Below, one piece after another: positions 26,466-37,449 of a DNA stretch of 63,812 nt. The notes under the pieces are model-generated. The model was not told the origin of the DNA and did no database searches. It was given only the letters and a program-made list of their open reading frames with translations. How positions within the stretch are numbered: the stretch's first letter is position 1; each line of letters opens with the position of its first letter. The DNA comes from Paraspadella gotoi. Its lineage: Eukaryota > Animalia > Chaetognatha. The position numbers were made by a program, and so were the translations under genes. The stretch spans positions 7,884,629 through 7,948,440 of the forward strand of contig CM119265.1 of assembly GCA_051294375.1 (NCBI GenBank). Direction: 5' to 3'.

Positions 26466-27544
26466 ATCAAAGCGCCCTCACGCCTTCGTTTCGTAGAAGC
26501 CAATCGCTTCTTGTACGGGCTTTCAGACTGTGCGGAACTCTTCACACACCAATAATCGATTAAGCTTCGTCTTTCCGCCGTCTCGTCGTCATCCAACAGC
26601 ATCTGCTCTCTATTNNNNNNNNNNNNNNNNNNNNNNNNNGGAAGGAAGGAAGGAAGGAAGGAAGGAAAGAAAGAAAGAAGGAATCAAGGGAGCGAGTTCA
26701 GACTAAACGGTTGAAAAAAGCAAATAAGAAATAAGAAAAAGGAGTATGCGGTGATTAGTAGTTTAAAATTTAACTATGTAGTTTTAAACTTTTAATGATG
26801 TCTTAGATGACAAGATATTCATGTTTCTTATTTTAGGTAAATGGGTCAAAAGTTAATTATGGTTAGGTTGGGACAAGCACGGTTTTGGCAAGAAACAGAA
26901 GAGAAGGGAGCGGGTTAAGAAACGTGACCCGTGAAGTTCGTCAGACCGGAGACCCTAATTGGCTTTAGGGGTTGGACCAATGGGCGTACAGAATGGACCG
27001 GAGCGACGTGGCGCGTTGACTCTTTTTTTTTCGTCGCCTTCGATTTGGGGGAACCAATATTGCATAAATGATTAATGGCTTCGTCGGGAGAGTTTTTAAG
27101 CGGCATGGGCTGCGGGGACGGCGGCGGCGGGAATTGAGGGATGGTGGCTTAGATGGAGGCACTAGATGGAGGCACTCGTCAAGAGACGGAGGGGCAAAAT
27201 CGGTGAGACACTGAAACGAGGATTCTGATTTTCGGGGCGATTGTGAAACTTCCAAAGAGCGAAAGAACTTTCAAAAACATCTGTGGAAATTTTAAATAAA
27301 ATCGAAAATGGACAGTAAACATATGGCATTTGCAATGAGACGGCATCAAGAATTACCGCCTCAAAATCTCATTACTTCTCAACAGAGAACTCCAAGCCCT
27401 GCCCCCCCACGCCCTCCTCCTTCCCGAAGACGCGCCCAAGTTGCCCCTCGATCCCGTCGCCCCCTCTTCCTCCTCCTTCGGCTCCTAGGGGGGAAAAACC
27501 GTCAAGGTCGCAGTTGATTCCATCTTATTACGGATTCTCGTTGT

Positions 27545-27608
<64 letters not shown>
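27545..27608 (+). repeat. (CGG)~21 trinucleotide tract
   Basis: Perfect repeat. Confidence 0.97.
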
Positions 27609-27609
<1 letters not shown>

Positions 27610-28274
27610 TCGAGAGCGAAAGTGGCGTCCTTGATTCCTTCTTTAACTTTTTTTTTCCATTTGGTCGCCATTTTGATTTCGATCTCCGAGTTTCTAGTCC
27701 CAGAAGAGAGGGAGGAGGGAGGCTGTTCATTTCTTGGGCAAGTCCCTGTAGCGGAACGTTTAAATGGAAGCGCGTCTAATATTTATCTTTCATCTTTCTT
27801 ACGATAGTCTAACTTGCTTGACGTTTTACTTTTTTTTAAATTGATGCTAACCGCAAACACAATATTTCGAAAAGTCAATAAAATATTGACTTTCTGCCTC
27901 GTGCAGTTTATTCCAAGCACTCAATAATTCTAAATTAAAAACTTTCCAATTTAAAATGAAATAAAAATAAAAGGAAAACAGTTTTTCATCACATTTAGAA
28001 TCGATTACAAAAATTCAATGATTCCTCAAATGAAAGGAAAAAAATTATTTTCAGAGATTGAAATTCTTTGCCGAGACTCTCCCTACCGCTCCACCCTCTC
28101 CCTCTCGCTACTCCTCTCCCCTTCCTCCTCTTCCCCCCCTTCCTCCCCCTCATCCTCCTCTTCTTCCGAACTCCGACGTCTCCGTTTCAGGTTTCGGGTT
28201 TTTTCGTCTCGCGATCCTCATTTTTCATTTCTCTTCTAATCTTCTGACGAAAGGCACCTGATTGAAATTCCGGA

Positions 28275-28328
<54 letters not shown>

Positions 28329-29169
28329 CCTAGTCGTAGTGACGTTGATAGTCGTACATTTCCGAGTCTCTCCGCCTCCAGACAGCAGCGACGTTGCGAC
28401 CGGCGATCCGCGGAGATTTCAAACTCTGGGTTCGCATCCGACTTGAGGTGTTCGCACTTTCTACGCCGGTTCTACGCTCCTTCATTCTCATTTTCTTACA
28501 TCATTGATTCAAACCATTCAAAGCCCCTTTGCTTTTTTCAAAGCCTGTAGTTTTGTAGGTATTTTTTCTCATTCATTCCAATTCTAAATCAAATATCAGT
28601 CAAAATATATATATTATTGTGTATATATATATATTGTATCTTAATCTCAATCAGAACTTTTCCATTATGCTTTTTTTCTTTTGTCATCCCAATTATATTT
28701 TTTCCCATTGCCATGGTAGAGATGTTCAAGCACTAAACCTCAGGCATATACTAGTAAATTATTTTCTAACGATAATAAGTCTATAAAAACAATTGAGACT
28801 TGGTAGTTTTTCATCAAGCCAGTCAAATATTCCCGCCGGATCTCCAACCTCTAAGACTCATCCACATCAACTAACGCCCACTTCCACTCGAGCCACGGGT
28901 TCCACGCTCATTACCGTCAGGCGTCGCGGCACCCAAAGGCGCTCATCGCCGGAAGCTAATTCCGCGTTGGCCCGATCCATCCATCAGCTATTCAATCGCT
29001 AGAAAACAAGCGGGCGGGTTTGAGTTTGAGGGAATAGGCGGCGGCGGCGGCAGCGGCAGCGGCAAAGTCCAAATGAATCACGGAGGAAACCGTCGTGAAT
29101 GTTCACTCGGCCGAACTTGTCGGTGAAGTCGTGAACGTTGGTTCGAGTTTTCGAATAAGTCGATGGTTG

Positions 29170-30476
29170 AGGTTTCAGTCGGAATTTCGGTGAATTTCGT
29201 TGAGATTCACGTGAAAATTTAATTGGAATTTCAAAGTTTGATGTTTAACGATGGAACCTGAAAGATTAGTTAAATCTAGACATCACGCCAAGACCGGAAT
29301 CGCTGCCAAAGTTTGCATTCAACGTCAAGATGGGAAGTAAATCAACTACGAAGCTATGAAGTTACGTAACTTTGCAGACGTGATATTTGTCGAAATCATT
29401 GTCAAGGTAGTCGCTCGGCCGAGTCACGGGCTTGCCCGGAATTCGTCTACGACTTGGCCGAGACTTGGCCGATATTTCCGCCATGTGCAAGATTTGGCCG
29501 AGAGGTCGAAGAAGTCTACCGCTTAAGCGAAGCGGAAACGAAGGCGAGGAAAAGACGACGTAAACGCGCAGGCGCCAATTTCGTTTTTGCACGATAACTG
29601 CACCTCCAAGGCTATCGATGTTTGTAAGTTTGTTTGTTTATTATTGGGTTTTGTATTTTAGAGGTTTAGACTCATTTCGACCGAACTATCGTAATGGTTT
29701 ACTACCTAGATTCCGTCCAAGCCAGAAACGATCGGAGCGCTTCTCTGCACCGTCGAGTCGGAACGGACCCTATTTCCAGAGAAAAAATAATTGTCCATTG
29801 AAGAAAATCACGAACTTGGCGGAATTACTCAAATCCCTATAAACCCCCGCGATAATACTGCAAATACGTTAATATCGTCGAAGAAGGTGAGTTAAATTCA
29901 TGACCCCAATCCTGCGTCTCGTCTCAGTGGCGCGGTTAAGACTCACCCATCGCCCGCTACCGAGGAGACCTGAAAAGAGAAAGAGGGTAAGTAAGAGAGG
30001 TTCGTTCTTTGTTCCATCTCGAGAAAAGGGAGGCGGTTTTGGTTCGTTTCTTCGCCCCTACCTCGTCGCATACCTCACCCTCTCTCGATCCACCCTCCCG
30101 GATGTATCGGACGAGGCGTCATATTTCTTCCGGTCTGCCTCCCCGTCGACATTCTCGTCGTTTTCATCGACGTCGTTTTTATCGATGATGGCTCGGCGTC
30201 GCCATGGCAACGACGTCGTCGCGATCGGCGTCGCGACATAACGACGAATCCGATATTGAATATCGGGTCTCGACGATGACAACGACGACGACCATGACGA
30301 TGAAAGGGCGCACTGGCCGAGGCGGCGGAGGCTGCGGCTGAAGAAAGAGCGGCGGCTGCGGAGGAAGCAACGCAACCTCTCCGCGGGAACGAGGCTAAGA
30401 AAAGATGGCGAAGAAACAGGAGGATATGTGGATGAAGATATAAGGTGTTTATCCAGATGGCTCTCTCTTCGATCAT
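29170..30476 (-). CDS. Divergent integrin alpha-like gene, 5' exons (signal peptide, low-complexity extension, first beta-propeller/FG-GAP blades)
   Basis: Exons 30476-30079, 29969-29947, 29857-29706, 29611-29295 and 29257-~29170 have phase-compatible GT-AG sites. Motifs in alpha order: IIAGVYR (cf. LLVGAP), NGQLFF (cf. GQVLKC), DRFWLGRNLA...NEIGACA (cf. DNQWLGVTLS / KILACAP), RPLG..C (cf. EPVGTC), KYHVCKV (cf. GFCQGGFS), GSIV (cf. GSLFV). Contains in-frame TAG/TAA and frameshifts. Confidence 0.55.
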
Positions 30477-31194
30477 GGCGAATCACATTATATTTTGTTT
30501 TTATTGTAATCAATCAGTGGTTGCTTCGAAATGACGGTAATCTGGATTTTAAATTGGCGTTCGGGATGTCTCTTTATCTGTAGCTAAAGCTAAGGGGGTG
30601 TAAAGCGGTATGAATTTCGTAGTGGTTTTTTTTTTTTCGAGTTTCGCCTTAATAGGTTTTAGAAAGGGAATCCTTTTAGAGCATTGTTTCTCCCTTATCA
30701 ATGTAAAAAAGGCGAATGAAACACCACATGTATGACTGATAAATTTTTGTTTCAGTTCTAGAATGGATTCTCTTATCACTCACCTGCGAAGGGAAAAAGC
30801 GTCTTTTTTTTTTTTCAGAGATCTCGTCACTCGAACCTTCGATGTTTTGTCTCTCTCTTTTGTGGGGGGGGTTGCTTTTGATGGACTTATCGCGACGCGC
30901 GGCCAAAATGGCTTTTCGATTCGTGAAAATAAATTTTTTTTTTAAAAATCTAACAAAAAACAAAAGACAAAGAAGACGAAAAACGACGTTCATGACGATG
31001 ACGACGACTCTGACGACGACGAACGACAATGAAGACGACGACGAGGCCCCCTTTCGAAAATCTGCGAAAGAGAATATTTTTTTCCTAAAAAAATAAAAAT
31101 CATTCATCGCGAAATGAAAAAAAAAACAGGAAAAAAACATAAATATTTTTTTATGATCCGCCCTCGACGAGTGAAACTAATTACGGCGATGAGG

Positions 31195-31283
<89 letters not shown>

Positions 31284-31433
31284 TCTCCGGAGAAGTAGAG
31301 AGAATCAGAGATTTAGAGTGAGAGAGGAAAGAAATAAATCTGAATCCAACCTTCTTTTCTTCTCGTTAGCATATCTGATTTACAGAAAAAATTATTTCCT
31401 ATCTCTCTCTCTCCTCTCTCTTTCACTCTCTCT

Positions 31434-31472
<39 letters not shown>

Positions 31473-32129
31473 TCTCTCTCCTCTCTCTCTCTCTCATCTC
31501 TCTCTCTCCTCTCTCTCTCTCTCTCCTCTCTCTCTCTTCCTCTCTCTCTCTCTCTCTCTCTCTCTGCTCTCTCTCGTCTCTCCTCTCTCCTCGTGCTCTC
31601 TCTCTCTCTCGTTTTTTCTTTTCATTCAGTAAACAATCTAGAAGACAAGGTCAGATTTTTCCTTTCGTCTCTTTTCGCCACTGAATTCCATTTAATTCAC
31701 CTTGAGCTGAGATTGCCGTCACAAGATTCCATTTCCATCGAAGCTTAAGTTTTTCAAATTGGAAACGGAGAAAAAAAATACTTGTTTTTTTATTTACTTT
31801 ATTTTTTTCTTTTTTTCTGTATTTCTTAATATCTTTCTTTCTATCTTTCTTACACCTCTTTCTTGTTCTTTTTATATATCTTTTTTATTTTTCCTTTCTT
31901 TCTTTATATTTTTCCTGTTTCTCTTTCTATATTATTTTCCCCTTTTTTCCCTCTCTGTTTCTTTTTTTTCTTTTTTCTTTTTTCTTAATTTCTTTCTTTC
32001 TTTTTGTCTATTTTTCTTTCTCTCATTTTTTTTCTCTCCCGCTTTACTGATCCCANNNNNNNNNNNNNNNNNNNNNNNNNAACGACCTGTATAAATATAT
32101 GTGAGAGGAGAGAGAGAGAGATGACGAGA

Positions 32130-32162
<33 letters not shown>

Positions 32163-33302
32163 GAGAGAAAGAGGAGAGAGAGACAGAAGCAGAGATGAGA
32201 GAGAGAGAGAGAGAGGAGAGATGAGTTTCGCTTGCGTTCACTCCTCTCATGATACCATTGACCATCAGTGGCATCGTTGCGGCGGCAGGAGCTGAGGGTG
32301 GCAAAGAGGGAAAGGAGGTGGAAGGGGAAAGGGCGAGGGTGGAGGTTTAGGGCGGTTTTGGAGGGGGTTTTGAAGGTGGTTCGAGGGATCTGAGGAGATG
32401 AAGAATGAGGGTTAAAAGACGGTGAGACGAGTTGATTTACGGTCAGGTCCGCGTTGGCCGGTGGTAATCGGGCGTCGGCCATCGGCTGTCGGCCATCTGG
32501 CTTGTCGGCCTCGGGGTTTGACCGTTGGGCGGGATTCATGGCGGTCGCCGCTCGCCGCCGAGCGACCATGCCCAAAAACTCCCTCCCCCTCTGTTTTACC
32601 CCCTTCGCCGATCCGCTGCAAAGAGCGGAGCTTCCCCGTGTCACATAAATATCACGTCTCCCTTTGATAGAGAGAGAGAGGAGAGAGAGAGTGAGAGGAG
32701 ACGAGAGAGAAGAGAGACGAGAGAGAGAGAGAAGAGGTCCTAGAAATCATCGTTTATTATGAATTCATTAGTTGAAATGGGGCGGACAGAGCAGAGGGGC
32801 CGGGCGAAGCTTCTTGTTTTGCAGTTATTGAGACTGTTAAGTAACCATAATAACCTTTCGACGGTTTGTTATTTACATTGCAGGCTCTAACTAAGGGTCG
32901 GGTAAGTTCTGACTGAAATCTAGGTAAGTAAAGACGGGAGAGGAAAAATGGTGGGAAAGGAAAAATATTAAATGTAAGCGGCTAAATTGGCGGTAAAAAA
33001 AATGGTAACAGAGACTGAGAACGGGCAGAGGACGGTTTGAGAGAAAAGAGAGGAAAAAAGCGTGCGTGAATGAAAAACCTAAACCCTGGACTCGAGCCTG
33101 GATCTCCGGGAGGAGGGGGGAAGGAGGGATGAGGAGAAATGATGAGTGAAACGTGCATTGATGGCGAACCTATCGGTTTCTTTCTGTTGCCTTCTCTTTG
33201 GCCGAGATGGCGTATCAGCCCTGAATGGACGTGAGACGTCATCGTTGGTGGTGCGTTGGTGAGGCTGTACTTAAACGCGTGCTGGAGAGCGTTCATGTCG
33301 CC

Positions 33303-33337
<35 letters not shown>

Positions 33338-35099
33338 GTGGGGGGACAATCAATCGAGGGGGGAAAACAAATACAAATACGAAATCATGGAGGAGGGCGA
33401 AAAAAAAAAAAAAAAAAGCGTGGATTAAAATGAACAGTTGAGGTTTACGTAAACAAATACAAGGCGAGGAAATTGTGGATTCAAACGAAATGTATTCATG
33501 ACCGAAACTCCAAAAAAAAATAAATCAGGTACAATAAACACAATTAATACTCAATATAATCGGTGATGATCAGGTGATGAATTTTGGCAGATGATCAGAG
33601 TCAAAGTTTTTTTTAAAAATATATGGAATGTAAGCGAAGATTGAAGAGAACTAAGCGGTGAGAGTAGTTAGTACAGGTGGCGTGTACTTTTTTTCTTTTG
33701 TAATTTTTTTTTGCGAGACGTAGAGAAACGTTTCTCATTCTTTTCCTTGACGCTACGGGATTGAGTCGACGTTTGATTGGGCGCGTCCCGTTGCATCACG
33801 CACCCATGAGTTCATTCAACTCGATGATGGGCGAGGCGCGACGACGCCGCGTCCAAACTTCTGTGGAGGCTCGTTCGATGGCCAGGGCGCTCTGGGGACC
33901 CTGCGCTGGTAATCGACTGCCAGGGCTTGCCTCCACTTCTTCCAGTCTGTTGAGTATCGAGTTAGTTGAGTGGACTTCATGTTATTTCCTACGATTTCTT
34001 CTAGGTCACGGGCGTGAGGGGGGAGGGGGTGAGTGGAAGCTAGGGTCTTCATAGCATGGTGGGTTTGGTTGAGCTTTTGCTTTCCTTAGATATTTTCTCA
34101 TAACTCCACAAGGATTTTAAAACTGAGAAAACCAGTGCTAGCACTTAATTTGGTGTTGTAATGCCTCGGCCTACAGGCGAGGGCTTACCTTATGATGGAA
34201 GCAATTGTGTGTTAAGCCGCAAGATATGCGATTTGTATAGTTTTTGGCCACAAATATCTAATTTGTAGGGTTCAGGCCGTGAAGGAGGTGATCGCTTTTC
34301 AAAATTCTTTCCATCTCAATAAGCTTTGTACGATTCTGAGTTAAAGAGACCGGTGACGTCATCCTCACAAAAGTCACCAACGAAAAGGCCCCCTTGTCAC
34401 TCACACGAAGAGTGTGACTCATGAGAGTCCTATTTCAATTGGTTTCTGCGCTTTCTAATGACGGTCGTGTCCCTATTTATTTGTTTTTCTTACAGGTCTA
34501 TCTTGCGGGGCTCATCGTAATGAGAATGTGAACGTTGAGATTATCTAGGTATTTTATTTCCCTTATTTGGTTACTAGCATCACTGGTGTAGGACCGACGT
34601 GACTCATTTGTCTTGATTACTGGGTCTACCCATGTTGATGGCAACGGTATTAAACGATGGCAGGTCGCAACTACAAATGACTAGCCTCTTTAGACTTCTG
34701 CTATCTAAGTTTCATAAGCGATAGGATACAGTGTCCCATAGCGGGAAAGCAGGACATAGAGCCAATTCTCTTGCCAAATGTCTTGAAGCCTAATATGATA
34801 GGCTCAAACTGGTGCTGCAGGATACTTTGTCACCAATGTATTTAAGGTGGTCGTGGGAATGTCCTAATAACTTATCGGAAGGACCATACAAGATATATAT
34901 CTTCCTGTTGATCTTAAGCCAGATGTTTGCTCACATTTCTTGTCCTCATGGATGTACGCATGAAACTTGGTTCAGGTCGAGAAAGTGGGCCTGATAATTT
35001 AAGCTGCAGTACGGTGCTGGAGCTGAAGCGGTTCGAATTCACAGTTGATAGACTATTGGAAGGAGAATCATTGTCAATAAGACAGTTCTCGTAAAAAAC

Positions 35100-36700
35100 A
35101 AATCAATAATCAAAATAAGACTACAAATAACCACCAACCAAACAAAAAAGACTCGATTATAAATGGTTGCAAAAACTATAGAATGCGAATGAAGAAGTGA
35201 AATTTTGATTTAATTGAATGTATCTATGATGAACAGATAATTTGGGACAATGTTGAACTGGTCTGACAAAGCATTCAGTAATGATGACTGCATTGTCGGA
35301 CAAACAAATTAAAAAACGATGTTAAGAAAGATAATTACGTGTCCAGTGCGAAAAGTTTAAGTAAGGCTGGGTATGAAGACAACCAATCTTCAATCACAGG
35401 AAACTGGCTAAACTTTCAATTCAAATGTAAAAGAAAAAATGTGTTTAAAAAATATCGCTACACTAGAATAGCTTAGGAACAATCCCAAGGATGATTCATC
35501 TAACCAGATCGATAATCGAGTGAGAAATTAGCCATAAAGATTTATACCAAAAAAAAAATTTAAAGATCCCGTAGAAACACTTCCATGATACCTGTGAAAA
35601 GTGTGCGCTTCAAATTGCCACGGAGCGATTGTTGGAAAATCATTTAAAGTTTGTTATAATGTTAAAAAATAATGTTTAAAAAATACAGAAAGAGGCCTTG
35701 TGAAGCGATCCTGTGTTCTACCAAACAAATGTCCATTCATCGTCAAGAAATTTTATTTTTAAAAAACCAATCGAAAAGACGGAGAACTTTCTAATATTAA
35801 GTTTTAGCGCACGTCACCGTGGTACCATTTACAATAGGCGTTCTATGCCCTAAAATACATTATTTGTTTGTACCAATAGAATTCTTGTAATAAATAAGAA
35901 CGACTAAACAAGACCTAGAGAGAATCAACATAAAAAGGTGTACATTGAAACAATCCATCTTATTGGACTTTATGCTACATCTGTGGTTGGGCCAATAGAT
36001 TAAAAAAGGAAAGTCGAAAGGACGCCGACATTCAAGGCTAATACACACTGATCATCAGTCATGTAAAATAAACCAACATAAAGCCTAATAAATTTAGCTG
36101 TTCTCAATGCAAAAGACTTTACCACACGAAAGGATACTTACATCTGGTCACTGCTATCGTTACATGTATTAATGTGTGGGAGGGGCAAGATTGCATCGGT
36201 GTCCATGATTGCTTGACTTTTAAAAAGTCCCCTCTTTACAGCATGTCTCAAACATATAATAATATCCTACCTATCCGAAGTGGTAGTGCACCGAATGTGA
36301 CAAAACATTTCTGGGACATCCGCGAGAATGAAATCGCATCGCCTCGATGTTCATACATCAAGTATCGTCAAAAGAATGTTCGACGTGTCACAGAAAGTGA
36401 TTTCGAACTCCAAATGATTGCGATAAATCACTTGTTGGAAAATCCATTCGTACAGGACGATTTGGAGCTTAAAGACGAGCATTTAGTTACAATCTTAAAG
36501 AGCCGTATAAATGTGGAACAGTTGGTGATCACACTACCACTCATCCTGGGCCATGAATTGGAAAAGCATTTGAAAAAAAAAAAAAAAAATAGATAAAACA
36601 TGCTTGAAATGCCGAAGAAAGTGGCCGTTTGATACTATCGCAAGAAAAAGGACGCCGTTCGTTGTGCTTGATGGACTTCTCAACTCTAACGATTAATTAT
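35100..36700 (+). pseudogene. Frameshifted C2H2 zinc-finger ORF (three degenerate fingers plus downstream 140-aa ORF), possibly TE-borne
   Basis: TCEKCALQIATERLLENH (35590-35643, C-x2-C-x12-H); LCYICG../RRHSRLIH (35970-36047, with frameshift); FSCSQCKRLYHTKGYL../H (36093-36150). Continues into track ORF 36174..36596. The region lacks microsatellites, unlike its flanks. Confidence 0.5.
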
Positions 36701-37449
36701 CTAAAACGGATAACTCCCTATATTACCATACATTAGGCGTAAATGGTTTTGCGTGGTGTATTTCTTCTCTTATTTGGCCATCTCAAATATCTTATGTTTA
36801 TACAGTTTTTGCTCTCTGTTTTAAATCTTTTGTCTTTAACCTCCAAATATGACCAAATCTTATTTTGTACTTTAATATTTAGTTTGTGCTCCCGCTCGTA
36901 TAATTTGATTCGACGTTAGAATAATTGGACCTTTTTACCTCTTTTAACAAGGGTTAAAATCAAACGTTTTTTAAGGCTGTTGGGCAAGAGTTTGGGCTTG
37001 GAGTTTGGGTTTATGTCATCGATTTCGTCGTCGATTTCGTCGCTTATTTCGTCGTTTCTTTGCTTCACCGTCATCACCATCTTCTATCGTAGTTTATGGT
37101 TATGGCCGCTGGTCTCTTTTTTTAGGAATAAAGAGAGAGAGAGAGNNNNNNNNNNNNNNNNNNNNNNNNNNNNNNNNNNNNNNNNNNNNNNNNNNNNNNN
37201 NNNNNNNNNNNNNNNNNNNNNNNNNNNNNNNNNNNNNNNNNNNNNNNNNNNNNNNNNNNNNNNNNNNNNNNNNNNNNNAAACAAGCAGGCAAAAAACTGT
37301 TCTGATTCTTTATCTTCTGATTTAACTAATATCGTGGTCATAGAAGTTTGTCACATCCACTGTAAACAAAGACCAAGTCACTGTCCATCAATTCATTCGA
37401 AAACTAATCATCTCCGTCGGACCAACAATTTTCGGGCGCCAAAATTTAA

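Noticed and set aside
33624-33646. miR-1-like TGGAATGTAA
   Set aside because: Only 10 nt match; no precursor hairpin.
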